Source: Schmidtea polychroa (lineage: Eukaryota). From it: a stretch of DNA of 64,000 nt. The notes under the pieces are model-generated. The model ran no database searches. It was given only the letters and a program-made list of their open reading frames with translations, and was not told the DNA's origin. Each line of letters starts with the position of its first letter. Within the stretch, counting starts at the first letter, position 1. This document shows positions 1 through 14,300 of the stretch, in pieces. The DNA lies in the NCBI GenBank assembly GCA_044892525.1, contig CM097886.1:76570001-76634000 (forward strand), given 5' to 3'. A program made the translations under genes and the position numbers.

Positions 1-2779
1 TGCACATGCTTGTCCCAAAAACATGAACTTGCCCAAATCTTTTCCATCGTTTCTTATGTAGCTCTTGATAAGATGGTTTTTGTCGGCACAAGAAAAGCAT
101 GGGCGCAAGATTGGGGTAGTGGCTGGAGTCGTGGACATTCTGAAGGATCGAAAGAATTTTATTAATATCAAGTTATTCCTGAATCGTAGAACATTCCTCA
201 TACTCAGTCAGATGTTACTATGTCAAAAAAAGATAATAATAATAATAATAAAACGGAATAGCAATCAATCGATTCCATGTACATATGCGGGGGAAACATC
301 GGAGCTCTGGCTATTTTAAAATGAGAAAATTAAATTTATCATCATTATTCGAACTCATTTTACGCGCCCCAAAAATTTATTTGTTAATTTAACCTATAAA
401 ATTGGTCGAGAGAAAATCCATCGAAATTGGTATCGTGATCCCTAGATTTCCTATGCGGGTTCCCGTTTATCAATGGGAGACAATTTCTTCAAGCAAATAA
501 AAACGGAAAGAAACATTTAATCAAATTTGTACTATGAAATTATATATATTAGTTAAATTGTAATAATTTTTAGTCGAGCCCATTGATCGATATTTGTGAT
601 CTTATCATGGTAGGTGTAGTTTCTCGCAACGTGCTACTATTATCACCATGGTCTTGTCTACTTATCTATGAGATATCAGCGCCTGGCTATTTCGATTCTA
701 TGTGAAACTATATCTCGAGTTGGGCGCGGATAGACCGGTTGGAATACATGTACTTACATGTACTGATTAGGTGTTTGCTATCGGATGTAAAATTCGCGCG
801 CGTGAATTTTTAATCGCATGCGTTCAAGTAGTGCTATGGACGTGTAGGCAATGGTACCAAGACATTATCAAAATTCATGATAAGATTGACTCTTATGGCG
901 TTCACATCGCCTAAAAAATTTGATTCAACCACGGGTAATAATTGGTTAAAAGTACAACTTTAACTATTAGAAACTCGTCTTTCCTGGCGAGGTGAGTTTA
1001 GTCGTGCTGGGATATGAAAATTCTACCGTTTCTCCGGCTCGGGTTGTTCCTAGGATGAGTCTTAACGAGGTAAAACTATTGTAGTTTGAAATTCTCAAGT
1101 TCGTTGTGACGTGATTTATCAAAAAATGATTTTAGTCTAAATAGCACCGTTTGCCGTATTTACAATTTCTATCGCTCTGTGATGACGAGGATTCTTGCCG
1201 ATAAAGTTCGGAAAATCTTGTACCGGAATTTCTGCGAGGATGAATTGACGGTAAACGCGAATTTTTGACGATTATAACGATGATAGGTGAAAGTTGAAAA
1301 CTATAGATCTCTGGAGTATTACAAGACGAACGATATTTCGGTCACTTTAGTCATTGCGAAGGTTCATACATAATGTTGTTCGAAAAATCCTACCCATCTC
1401 AGTTGTGTCACTTTTACTTTGTCGATTTAAGCCTTTTCTCTCCTGTGGCGACAGATCAGTGAGGAAACCCCCACAATGACCCGATCCCAACCACTGCGCT
1501 GCTGATGTAACATCCGACCTTCTGGCAAGAGGAACAACCAGTGTCCCTCGAGCTATGGCCAGCTGAACCTCAGCTTCGCGGAATGCATTAGAATTTCATA
1601 AAACATGGTCTTATTTCAATATCGAAAAGTCATGAGCATTATCTATAACATAAAAATTTATCTAATTCATAAAAACTTTAAATTAATCAAATTTCAAGCA
1701 AGGAAAACATTTTTTAAAAATTATTTAATTTAAGAAAACTTCCATTTAATATACTAATCATATTCAAAATATTTAACTTAAGAAAAGTCTCTATTTCATA
1801 GATCATTCATAAAAATACAAACAAAATTTTACGTAGTTTCTCAACGATTGTTTCTCTTTGCGATGAATAATAGATCTCCGAGTGATTTGTTTCCTTGAAA
1901 GTTCCTCGAATTAGTCCTTGAGTTCCTTGAAATGCTGTATAACTGTGTCTTAAAAATTGGTTTAGTTAACACTGTGAACACTAATGTGTAGGACTTACCT
2001 TAAAAATTGGTTTGGTTAACACTGAAAATTTTATTTCAGTGTCTTACTTATATACTTAATTTTGTGTTTGTGCGGACCAATCAAAATTGGGCACTGTTTC
2101 ATTATTTATTTTTAATTCGCTTTCTTTGTTTTTTGTTGGTTTTCTTAGTGTTTCTTTATTTTTTATTATTTTCTTATTAATTATTTAATTTTTATATTAT
2201 TTTACTATTTTCCTCGGTCTTTTTATCTTGATTTTTGATTTTTGATTTTTTTTGTTTTAATTCTCTCTAGTCAATTTATTATTATTTATTTCTAGTGTTT
2301 GTTTGTCTTGGTTTTTAATTTATTTTCTAATTTATTCATGATTTTGTATTATTTGTTAGTGTTTTCCTTTTTTAATTTTTGCTTATGTTGATTTCTTTTC
2401 AGCCCAACAATGATTTAATTGTTTAAATGATTCAATCAACATTATATTTGTTAACAGAACTTGATTAATATTGATCTGACAGAAAAAGGGAAGGGATATT
2501 AGTGCTAAATGAATAATATCAACTGTTATTGTCGCAAATAATTTACAAAAAGAATTCACAATAGTGCCAACAGACAAATAATCCGATTGGCCTATTAAAA
2601 TTTGTAAATTATTCAAGCATTTTAACAAATGTACCGAAAACATTCTAATTTAGGAAAACTCACGTTGTTTTTTTATTTTAAATTAAGTCGACTTTTAGAT
2701 TTCCTCAAGACATACCACGACATTGGAGGTGATAAATCTTGTCAGATACAACACTCTCTTTACGTTTTATTGAATTCCA

Positions 2780-2784
2780 TGAGG

Positions 2785-2826
<42 letters not shown>

Positions 2827-2940
2827 TATTATAATTATTTTAGTATTATTATAATTATTTATTATTATTATAATCATATTATTATTATTTTTTAGTATTT
2901 TATTATTATTATTTTATTATCATTACTATTATTATTATTA
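2780..2940. repeat. (ATT)n microsatellite, degenerate
   Basis: Long run of attattatt..., followed by near-pure A/T low-complexity DNA to ~3740. Confidence 0.9.
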
Positions 2941-3929
2941 TTTTTGAATAAATAGTTAAACATACATGGCAATGATTTAATTATAAGATAACGCCAATCA
3001 AACATTCTTTTCTCGATATATTTCGACAGTTTTCCTGTCATCAGTAGGTGGGATATGATAACTAATTAAATTAAGGATTTTAAAACAAATTTATTAATTA
3101 TATATAAAAAAATTTTTATTTTATAAAAACATTTAATTATTTTTAAAAAATTTATACTTAAATTAATATATTATTTTTTAAAATTTTAGCAATCAAAATT
3201 TAATTTAAAAATTTAAAAATTTTTATTAATTATTTAATTTAATACAACAATCAATACATACAATATAAAAAAAACTTATTTAAATAATAACATTATAAAT
3301 AAATAATAACATTAATGATAATAATAAAATAATAAATAATAATAATAAAATATATCAATAAAAATATAATAATAATAAAATAATATTAATAAAAGTAAAA
3401 TAATATATAAATAAAATGTATAAAGATTAAAATAAAAAATAAAATTAATGATAATAAAAATAAAATTATTAAAAATAAAATTATAATAAACAAAAATTAA
3501 TAATAGATAAAAAATAACATTAATAGTAAAATAATATTATAAATAATAAAAATAATATAATAATAAAAAAATAAATATAAATAAATGATAAAAAATATTA
3601 ATAAAAATAAAATATATCAATAAAAATAAATAATAATAATAACATTAATAATAAAAAATATTAATAAAGATAAAATAATAAATAAAAAATAATAAAATAT
3701 AAAATAATAATTATAAAAATAATATTGATAATAATAATTGTTTTTGATAGCATCATAAATGAAATATAAAACAATCAATAAATGATAAAATAATCCTTTT
3801 CAATATCCTTTACAATTTTGATGGAATATTCAATATTAGCTTTTGTTTTCTTTAAAATTTATTTTTTGATTAAAAAATATATATAATCAAAAATATTCAT
3901 ATAAAAAAACTTGAGAAAATGATTAATTT

Positions 3930-4545
3930 ATCATTTATTGATCGTTTGATGTTCAATTCATGCTGATATCAAGAAACCATGATAATAAATCCTAAAGAAA
4001 ACATATGAATCTTATTAGCAATATAATCATAAAATCAAACTTAGATATTTTTGAAATGAATCAATACTTCACCTGTAGAATGAATCTCGTTTCCATTCGA
4101 GCATCGATCTCCTCAGTAACTAAAGAAAATTCAACATCACAGAAATCTTCGTTTGATCTTTGCGCTTCGTCGATTTTTTTATTAAGAAAATCTTCAATAT
4201 TATTGAACTTACAATGGCTTTTGTGCATTATATCATCTCCCAAATTTTCAATACCTTTCAACACATTCACCTCATTGAAACAATAGCTACATTTCATTGA
4301 TGATACTGAATTCGAGTTATAGGAAAGCAATTCGTAATTGTAATTCAAAAGACTGACTGTTATCTATAAAAGAAAATCCTTTCAGCGCAAAATATTTCAA
4401 ATCGGGATTGTCATCAAATGTTTTCTCACGATAATCGACATCTAAATTTTCGATCATGCGAAGTCCTTCTACCCAAATATCTGATTCCAGTTTGGGGATA
4501 ATTACTTCAACATTTTCACTGGGTTTCTTAACATCCGGACTTTGA
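3930..4545 (-). pseudogene. Spliced IAP-like (degenerate BIR) gene fragment
   Basis: Minus strand YREKTFDDNPDLKYFALKGFSFIDN joins in phase 1 across a 52-nt GT-AG intron (4306-4357) to ISSMKCSYC...H...HCKF; a further donor (CAG|gtgaag) lies near 4070. Confidence 0.45.
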
Positions 4546-4959
4546 AATATTATTAATAAAAATTAATTTAATATTATTTATATACTCTTCAACTGGAGAC
4601 TTTTCATTGTCATTATTAAATGGCTCGTTTCCTAAATGCTGTCAGTTAAAGTGGTTTTTAATCTTTTATTAAAATTGTAAAACTGATTTCCCGGGTGCTT
4701 TACAGAGGAAAAATTAAAAGTAAATCGATGGTTATCTTTTATATATTTAAAATAAGTTTATAAATGTTAAAATAGTTTTCTAAAGATTTTCAAGAAAACT
4801 AATACAAATAAATATGCTGAATTAAATGAAATAATGTATGACATAATATCATTTACAACAAAGTATAAAATTCACTGTATAATTGAATATTATAATATTA
4901 GATATCAGATGACATTATGATGATAATTATAATAATGATAATTGAGAGCTATTGTTTAA

Positions 4960-6869
4960 TTTTAATCTGGTCAGTGTTTAGCATTTCACTGCCCATCGAC
5001 AGATAATAGAAATTTCATGAAAGCTGTAGAAATGTTAGCTAAATTTGATCCGATAATAACAGAGCATGTAAGAAACGGACAAACTGCTAAACAAAAAAAG
5101 TCATATGCCACATTATTTGGGAATCCATTTTCACGTTTGTTGTTCGGTGTGTGAATTTGACGCAAAATAAAGCAACAGTCGAAGAGTATTTTCTTGTTTT
5201 TTCTACATTAGCTGATACGACTGGTGAAGGTTTATTTAATTTCCTTACTAACGAATTATTGCCTAAATTTAGTTTGAATGTACAAAATGTTCGTGGTCAA
5301 GTCTATAATAATGGATCCAACATGAGAGGTAAAAATATAGGATTTCAAAAAAGAATTTTAAATATTAACTCCAGAGCAACTTTTGTAGCATGTGTAGCAC
5401 ATAACTTAAATTTAGTTCTTAATGGTGCTGTTAATATTAATAATGAAACCGTTGGATTTTTCGATATTGTTCAGGAATTATTTAATTTTTTTTTCTGTCT
5501 CTCCATATAGATGGAATATGTTAAAAATCAAAATTAAAAATTTAACTGTAAAACCCTTAAGTGGTACTAGATGGTCAAGTTGTATTAACGCTATAAGACC
5601 CTTGCACCAAAATATTAAAGAAATTTCTGAAAGTATAATTAATTTAAGAGATGATCAAAGTAGAGATATAAGAACAAGAAATACGGCAAATTCGTTATCT
5701 GGAAAATTAAAGTCGTTTAAATTTTTATGTTCGTTAATTATCTGGCAAAATATACTCTCAAAAATTGACTTAGTTAGCAAAATGCTACAAAATTCCAACA
5801 TTTAAAAAGATTTTTTAAATGAGAAACGAAACGATGCCAGTTTTAATGAATATATAAGTGAAGCTACAAACCTTGCACAAGTTATTGATGTAGAAAATGA
5901 ATTTCCACAAACCCGCATAAGAAAAGGGCCTCGTCAATTTTTATATGAATCACGTGATGAGTTTGTAGAAAATCTTAAACAAAACTTTAAAATTAATTTT
6001 TATTTTCGTATTATAGATAGAGCGAATAATTCTGTAGAGGAAAGATTTACGTTATTAGATCAATATAATAATATCTATGGTTTGTTGTATTCTTTCCATC
6101 TAAAGGTTCAGATATTTAAAAAAAACATTGCTTGGATTTGGAAGTTTTCTACAAATAAATGTTAAGAATGTAATAGAAAAAGATCTTAATTGTTTTGAAT
6201 TATTTAACGAAATATTAAGTTTTAGGGGAAAATTTTCCACCGCGACAAAGCCTGTAATGACTTTGAATTACATCATACAAAACGACTTAATATCCTCATT
6301 TCCCAATTTTTCTATAGCGTTAAGATTTTTTTTCACACTGCCTGTAACTGTAGCATCTGGAGAAAGAAGCTTTTCTAAGCTAAAATTAATAAAAACTTAC
6401 CTCAGGTTATCGATGTCAGAAGAAAAACTAACCATTCTTGCTTTGATATCGATGGAAAAAGATATTTGTGAGAATTTAAACTTGATGATTTTGCTTCAGC
6501 AAAATCAAGAAGAGTAAAATTGTGTAATCTTTTTTTGGTACTTTGTTTTATATGAAACTAATAATTTTTTTTGTTTGTTGGAATAAAATATTAAACCATA
6601 TTTGTTGATTTACAAATTTTAGTTACATTTTATAAAAAAAATTAAAACAACTTTGGTTTTTTAATATAGCATGTTGTCGTAAATAAATAAAAACTTTTTC
6701 TTCACTCATTTTTATTAGGTTTTCAATTTCATAAGGGTTAATTTTTACGAAGATAATAATCCCCATCGGGTGATCCGCACATCAGCAAATTCTAATCAAA
6801 AAATTAAATTAATAGGGGTACCAATATTGTTATTGCACCTGAGCGGCCAGCAACGCAGGAATGGCACTC
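4960..6869 (+). mobile_element. Decayed hAT (ZMYM/DUF4371-type) transposon, 5' truncated
   Basis: Frameshifted ORFs with NFMKAVEMLAKFDP, GQVYNNGSNMRG, CVAHNLNLV, LSGTRWSS and the hATC dimerisation motif TLPVTVASGERSFSKLKLIKTYLR; TIR-like gcaggaatggcactc at ~6855-6869. Confidence 0.85.
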
Positions 6870-8223
6870 CATCTATGATATATTATATATTTAGGACCTG
6901 CATATTAGTAAAATCATAACAATGAATAAATACAATTTAGAGAGGAAGATCGAATTGTTTGCTTAATGTTAATTTTATAATTAATTTTATAATTAATAAT
7001 TAATTTTATAATTATTTTATAATTAATTTTAGATTTAGGTTTTATCCCTAAGATATTGTTCATTACTTAAACGATTCAGCCCAACAAAATTTTCGAATTT
7101 CTCTTCGTCAATTTCTAACTGGACGTCCACTTCTTTTTTCAACGAATCGAGACATATCTATTCGACACAAAATGACAGTTTTATCTCAGTGATCTAAACA
7201 TTTAAGGATTACCTACATATTGCTCAACACATGGATATAGATATCTTTTATAATTTTTTTATAATATGAAAATTTTAAGCAAAACTTGAAAAAAGAACAA
7301 AACAATGGATAGTGATCAAATTTTGACAAAGTGAAGAAAATAAAGGGATTAGTTGCAAATAAAGGAGTATTATTATAATTCTGCAGTAATTTATTAACAA
7401 ATACTATCACAGTTATAATTATGGGTTTGTAATGAAATTTTGAAAAAAAAATATGGCTCATAAAAAATTAGAAATATACCAAAAAATACTTACCGACGTT
7501 TAAATAAATCATAAATGGGCAGGTCGGAAAATTAAATTTGTGCAGTTTCATTGGAATATCATTTTTTTTCCAATTAGAAATAGTTCCTTGACAATAAATA
7601 CACTTTACTTGATCTGGAACCGTTGCATTCTATTAATAGAGAAATTTTTTTACGGATAATTACTAAGATCAATTTAGAAAAAAATTCAGAATTTCAATTT
7701 AACTAATTACAAATCGTACGACTGTAAAGAATGAAAAAGGAAAATAAAAAACTGATCGTTGTCAAAAAGGATTTCATTACTAAATTATATTATAAATTAA
7801 TAACATAATTTTAAATAATTAATTTATTTATAGTTGATTTTAAATATGACAATTGAATCAGTGATAATTAATAAAAATTAAATTAATTTCATGTTAAACA
7901 TCATACAGTGACAAAATTAAAAATACGCTATTACATAGATGTCAGAATTTTTAAATTTCTTAACAAAATGATTTAACTTTCATAAGAAAACTAATTCAGA
8001 GTCGATATATAAATATGATTAAATTATTAACTAATTTTTATTTATTATCATTATTATTAATATTATTTATTATCATGATAAATGACTGGACAGCATTAGT
8101 GATGTAAAAAATTATTTAAAACTTGCTAGACAGGTTTATATAAAACAAACAAGAAGATTAAAAAAGTCTGTCCATTTTTGCTCACTGAAGTCATCTATAA
8201 AATAAAATGCCACCTATCTGTTA

Positions 8224-10805
8224 CAGAGACGGATCTAGCTTTTTGGGGGCCCATGGCTTAAAAATATCATACATGTTTAAAAGAAAATTGTTTTCTTTTT
8301 CTTTATAGGCTTTGACTCACTCCTTCGCCATTGACTATAAATAATTTAAAAAACAAAAGACTAAAAGGTTAATTATTATTTATTACATTTTTATTAAATA
8401 CTCGTATATGTATTAAGAAGTACACACAAGGCTATTAAAGTACAATCACAATTATTTATTGGATTTTCATTAAACATATATTAAGTACAATCTCAATGAA
8501 ATTAAATACAATACAATTACAATAACAGATTATTAAATTTTAAAATTATTAATGACGCATTTTTCTGACTTTTTCTCGGCATATTCGTTAATAACTTCAT
8601 CATAGTTCAATGACTTCGTTAAATCACTTTCCACTGATAAAATTATCAAGTCCGCTAATCTCTCATTATTCATTTTATTTCTTTGTTTAGTTTAATGTAA
8701 CTCATTCTAGAGAATGATATTTCTGGTTCACAATTAGTAATAGGTATCGTAAGGAAAATTTTTAATAATGTATATAAATTTGGAAAAGTATTAATTAATT
8801 GTTTATCGTAAATAATTTTTAAAATTTGTGCATAATTAAATTGGGTTTGTTCGTCAACTGTTAATTATATCAATGTATTTTTTAAAATGAATACACTCAT
8901 TTTTCATTTTTCATTTTCGTCAACATCATCTTTAAAAAAATTATCTACTTTTTCAATACTGGATTCATTGATTTCTTTTGTTTTTTTGTTTACAATATCA
9001 AATAAAAATTTAAAATAGCTGGAATTTTCCTCGCAAATTTTACTTCGTTTTTTTAATTCAATTAGAAATTTATCTAAAACGACGTTCAAAACTTCAATTC
9101 AAAATTTATCTTTCCTTGTTAATTTATGTTCACCTCCTGTTGTTCTGTCTGAATATTTTAGTATTCTTCTTTTAACTTCGTATTCTTCACTGAGATCATT
9201 AGTTAAAATTTTTGCCGATATCTCGTATTGGGTCAATTTGGTGTCAATGTTATTTCTTTTTTCTTTAATAAACGATTCAAGTGAAAAAAGAAGAGTAGAA
9301 GCTTCTAATAAATCAAGCCCAGGTGTTTGTAATTCTTTATTTACTTTATCTATTCTTTCTAAAATTTGTTCCCAAAAAATAACTAAAATTTCATTTTCCA
9401 ATGTAGTCATTTTACTATATAATGTTTTTGCCTCTCTTTTTGGGTCCATTTTCTCATTGCTATCGTTTCCAATTGTTTATAAAACTGTCAAAATTACGTT
9501 AGAATTATGTTTTAAAGCTTTGACAGGTCCATCTAGTTTTCCCCAATTTTTTTAAAGAAAGTGTTTTCTCATTTAACTTTAACGCTTATATCATTGCATT
9601 CCATTTTTTAGTGGAATTTGAAAAAAATACAAATAATTTTTGGATTATACCAAAAAATGATACAACGTTTGCAGCTTTTACTCCGATTTGATTTAGACTA
9701 TGTGCTGCACACGGTGTGTATACAGCCAACTTGTTTTCGTTTTGAAGCAGTGCTCTCAAGCCGTTGTATTGGCCAGACATATTATTTTTGTTTAATACAT
9801 TTTTAACAACATTAAGTAGGGATAGGCCGGTATGAGATGTAATGGGTGTTACTGTTAAGAATCTTTCATAAATATTACCTTGGTAGCAATATCTTATTAT
9901 TATAGACAGTTGATCTATGTGAACCACGCACGCTTCGAAATATAGAATTTATTCAATTCCTGTTCTATTTCTTCTATTAATGGCCTGTCGATTGTATTTT
10001 TATTTTCCTTTCGCTTTCCTTTCCTTATTTTTTACATTTTGTTATTTCTTCTCGTTTCTGGCTTCCACTTTTGTACTAACGAACCGTCATCTCTAAGCCC
10101 ATGTAGAATTTTTATAATATAAATAAAATTTAAATAATTTTATTTAGTTTTTTCAAGATACTTTGCAGTTTTATTTCGGTGCTAGTTCCTAGTACAAAAA
10201 AAATACTTACATACATAAGGTGATTCAGAACACCTCGGTGAAAATTGAACTACGTGTTGCTGTCGTCATTACAAACTATTTTTGCAAAAAATATGTAGAA
10301 TAGCAATTAAGTAATTAAGTGATGAAAATTAATCACGTTTTAATGTTATATATTATTTTTTGTTGACTTTTAATAAATATTAGTAAATTTGTGTGCTTGG
10401 TATAGAAAATAATAGATATATGTCCGAAAGGTTGGAGCCCCTTGCGGATCTGGGCCCAGGACTATAGCCCAGAGGTCGCAACGGGTACCCGTGCCATACC
10501 CATACCCAACGGGTACGGGTAAAGTTTTTAAGAGTTGACAGTCGGGTAGGATAACATCTGTTTACCCGAAAATTATTCTGTTTTATATCATATTTTATAT
10601 CATAAAAATAGCTGGTGCGAGTACACACGCAAGCATAAATCACGTGAACACTGAAATCTAATCGGTTCAAAATTTCGTGTAAGCCAGAGGTCGCAACGGG
10701 TAAACCTAATATCAAGCTACCGAGTACGGGTAGAAGTCGAGTGAAAAAAAGGAAATTTGCGACCACTGCTATAGCCCTATTAGCCCATATGTAGATCCGT
10801 CCCTG
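8224..10805 (-). mobile_element. Internally deleted hAT transposon with both TIRs
   Basis: TIRs cagagacggatcta (8224-8237) / tagatccgtccctg (10792-10805) match 13/14; near-TSD atctgtta/catctgta; transposase fragments DQLSIIIRY, CAAHSLN, NERLADLIILSVE; subterminal gaggtcgcaacgggta repeats. Confidence 0.85.
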
Positions 10806-11082
10806 CATCTGTATTACTCACTACTATATGAAGAATTTGAAGAAAAGATTAGATGCGTATGATAATATTTGCCAGTTTTTTCTTTATTTTTCATTTTTTC
10901 CAGGGAAAAAAATAAAAAAAACCTCAAAGTGATCTGAATAATAATATAAAAACACTAACTAGTTTTTCAGTAGCTTATTTAAATTTAATGAGTTTTATTA
11001 AATTTCTTGAGAAATCCTTCACTGATTTCTATAAAAATTTTAATTTGTAGTAAATTAAATATGCTGATTCATATTCATAAAA

Positions 11083-11155
11083 AATAAAAGTCACCAATTC
11101 TGGGATTTGAAATCCTCACCCTTCAAAATCATAAAGAGTACTTGACCACTGAACA
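11083..11155 (-). pseudogene. Decayed tRNA-like / SINE head
   Basis: A-box-like CAGTGGTCAAG and B-box-like GATTTCAAATCC at tRNA spacing; stems do not pair. Confidence 0.4.
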
Positions 11156-12202
11156 TATAGAATTAAAAAAAAAGTTTATCATTTTATTATACATATATTT
11201 GTTAGATGATGAGGGTAGACGCATCACCACATTCACCTTAAACAAATACTACAGAAAAGGCCAGGAAAATATAGAGTAAATGTACACACTGAGGAACGGA
11301 TATAGTAGGACAATTCCCAGTTACAATCCCCAAACAAGCTCCAGTGATTCGGTTGAACAATGAATTATCTATGATCCATTATCACTTTACTCTTATTTAT
11401 CATCATTTTTATCTTAGTGTAAACAATTATTTATTCGGGACTGTATTCTTATTTTTATTGTAATAATTGAGTTTTTATAGTCGTTTTATCATTTTATTAC
11501 TTACACATAAAATATTTACATAATTTAGGGACGGGATTATTCTTAATCAATAACATTGGAATTAAAACATTGAATTTCTTAATAAACTTTTAAAACAACA
11601 AATGAATAATTTCGCGTAATAATAAACGAAATTAAAATAACAAATGAATAGCAATAAATAAAAATACAAAAATAAATAATAAATAGACTTTTAAATAACA
11701 AATGAATTTTTAACATAATTTCTTATAACAATAAATAAAATACATTAGCAAAAATAACTTTATAAGTTTTTCTTTGATATAAAATAAATATGATTATTCC
11801 CTAAAAATAATAAATAATATTAATAGATATTCAAGAATTGGTATAAATAGTGACATTAAAATCAGTCAACTTTCCCAAAAATTAGACTTAACCCCCGAAT
11901 CTCTTGAAGTCAATCTTTTCGAGGTTTAAAAATAAGACAGACAAAAACGTCTACAAATTCTTTTTGCACTCACAGCATAACACGCTTTACAAACAACAAC
12001 AAACACAGCATTCACAATCGATTTCAATAATTTTAGAACTGTAATAGTCGAAAGCAACCTTCATTTGGAAGATGAAATTGTATATTTTAAATGTGAATTT
12101 TTGTTTTAATAAATAGTTCAAAGTCTTGTTTATTGATTTTTATATATATAAACCAATAGCGAGACCTTAACATATTAATTTTATTATAATCATATAAGAA
12201 AA

Positions 12203-12275
12203 GATCACACCTGGGATTTGAACCCAGGAACATCGATAAATCCAAAGAATATGATAACCACTACACTACAAGTCT
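12203..12275 (-). pseudogene. tRNA-Val-like pseudogene or tRNA-derived SINE head
   Basis: GTAGTGTAGTGGTTATCA (tRNA-Val D-arm), perfect T-arm CTGGG-TTCAAAT-CCCAG; acceptor and anticodon stems do not pair. Confidence 0.55.
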
Positions 12276-13539
12276 CATAAAATTATTATTTTGTATCCTA
12301 AATACAAAGGTTTAGGTAAATTTTCGCAGTTCTACTCGCGTTATTTATTTCATGAATTATGTGGCAACTGTATTATGTAGCCCTAAATTACGAATCTGTG
12401 CTAATAAGCATTTTTGATGGAATGATTTAACACTTTTACAGTGTATTCTCATTTAAAATAATTAAATAATACTAGTATATATCAATTTGTTTTTAAAAGT
12501 CGGAACAACAATCTGAACAATAATCAAATCTAAATAATATGAAAATATTGTCAGATTTGTGGAACACAATCATAGATTTAGTTTACAATATGTGATACAT
12601 GCACATAAGGTGATGGATAATTCAAACACAAGAAATAAAAATAGATGTAAGAGCTTCTGAAGGAGCAATAAAGTGAGATAAATGGAACTGATGAGGTTTT
12701 ATTATATATATTTGAAGATTATTTAAAAATCTTGATTTTCTCGATTTTCTTTCAACAGAGAAACCAAAACAATCTGATAATTAGAATTTAGACAATCACT
12801 GATAATTCCAGTTTTTAAGAATTTTACTATACGGTAAATTTCCAGAAAAATGTCTCATCACAAAAAATATTTGAAATATGTAAAATCTCACATGTGTCTA
12901 ATCAAGTTAAGAAAATTGGGCGATTTATTTTTGAGAAAAAATTATAGAACTGAAAATTAAAAACGAAAATAATGTGATAAAAGTGAGATTAAGCAGACCT
13001 GAGTGAATCCTCAGTGAAAAACAGTTAATATCAACGAATCCAGATATTCAATCTAATGCCAACAGATAGCTAAAAATTTCCTTATATATATAATTTTTTC
13101 GCTTGCTAACTATTTTAGATAAATATAAAGCCTAATAAGTGCAAATGATTTGATCAGTTTGAGCCCGTGGCCTTAATGTCATTTAGTAACCTGAAAAGTG
13201 GATTCAATTTTCCAAGAAGCAACAATGACCACAGAATCCACTTAAAAATTCAATAAATTCAATAAACCATATGCTTAAAAAGTTAAATGTTTTTATTAAT
13301 GTTTTCAATTTATTTTTTGTTAAATTTGTGAAAATGATTTTTAGAAATTTGATTAAAAATCCATTCTTAACATTTGTTTAAATAATACATGGAGAATAAA
13401 TTGAGTTATGATACTTGTGACAATTTGTCATTTTTTGGAAATTTTGAAAGGGATAAATATTTTTTATAATTAGCTTATTTTGTGTTATCGGGATTCATTG
13501 GCACAAATTACCAAAGGATGCAGTTAAATTTAACGCATG

Positions 13540-14300
13540 CCAGTAGCGATTTCAACACTGTTATTAACAAGATGTGCAAAAATCTACAACTTGTTAAGCA
13601 TCGATTTTTATCATTTCTTTTGTAAGCTGTTGCAAAATCATTTAACAATCTTTCAATAATCAATTGTCCTATTTGCGGAAATTAACTGTTAATAACAGCA
13701 ACAGTAGCTGCGTGAACATAGGTTAAAGCTTGGGATTCTGTTTGAGCAACTATGATAGTTCTTGCCAAAATACCACGACCTCGCAGTGGTGAGCTATAGG
13801 AGGCTCACGAGGACTCGCGCGAGCTCTTTGTTAAATTATTCTATGATTTGCGAGTCCCTTGTTCTTCTTGGTGACTATTTTTTCAAAAAGAAAATATAAT
13901 ACCTTGAAATCATTTTCATTACATACATTTGTAAAGCGACGATTTTTGTGTAAAATAAACCATTTAATTAACATTATTTTGTTTTTTTATGTCAGTAGCA
14001 GTGACAGATTACTAGGGTACTAGTTCATACGATTCTCGAGGAAAAAAAGAGCGAGCCCTTTGTTAAAAATTTCATAGCTCACCTCGGCGACCTCGGATTA
14101 TATTTTCTGATAGTAATTTCTTAATAATTATGTCAAAATTTTCGATATTAATTTTGTTAATAAGAATATTTATTGTTTTCTTAAAGACATCCCATGCAAT
14201 TCTTTGAAAAGCTTCGGATGATTTATCAGTAATCTTTTCTTGCATTAATCTCAATTTAGCTGGTGGTATGTATGTCCCACCTGTAATCCTGTTTATATCA
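13540..14300 (-). pseudogene. CWC22: CWC22 splicing factor (MIF4G region) fragment, disrupted
   Basis: GGTYIPPAKLRLMQEKITDKSSEAFQRIAW...LLSENIIRGR, continuing beyond the MITE as GILARTII...AVINS*FPQIGQLIIERL...KRNDKNRCLT; intronless, with a stop, a frameshift and a deletion. Confidence 0.85.
13784..14087. mobile_element. 304-bp hAT MITE inserted in the CWC22 fragment
   Basis: TIR cagtggtgagctat / atagctcacctcgg (12/14); perfect 8-bp TSD cgacctcg (13776-13783, 14088-14095). Confidence 0.85.

Noticed and set aside
1-150. Minus-strand CFSCADKNHLIKSY resembling a zinc knuckle
   Set aside because: Last Cys is missing, no other gag features, truncated by the window
600-1590. GC-richer stretch with tgtggcgacag (PBS-like)
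   Set aside because: No LTR termini, TSD or coding motif could be tied to it
2629-2895. 88-aa ORF with poly-Ile
   Set aside because: Translation of the (ATT)n microsatellite
10380-10808. 142-aa minus-strand ORF
   Set aside because: Runs through the hAT subterminal repeats and TIR; no protein features
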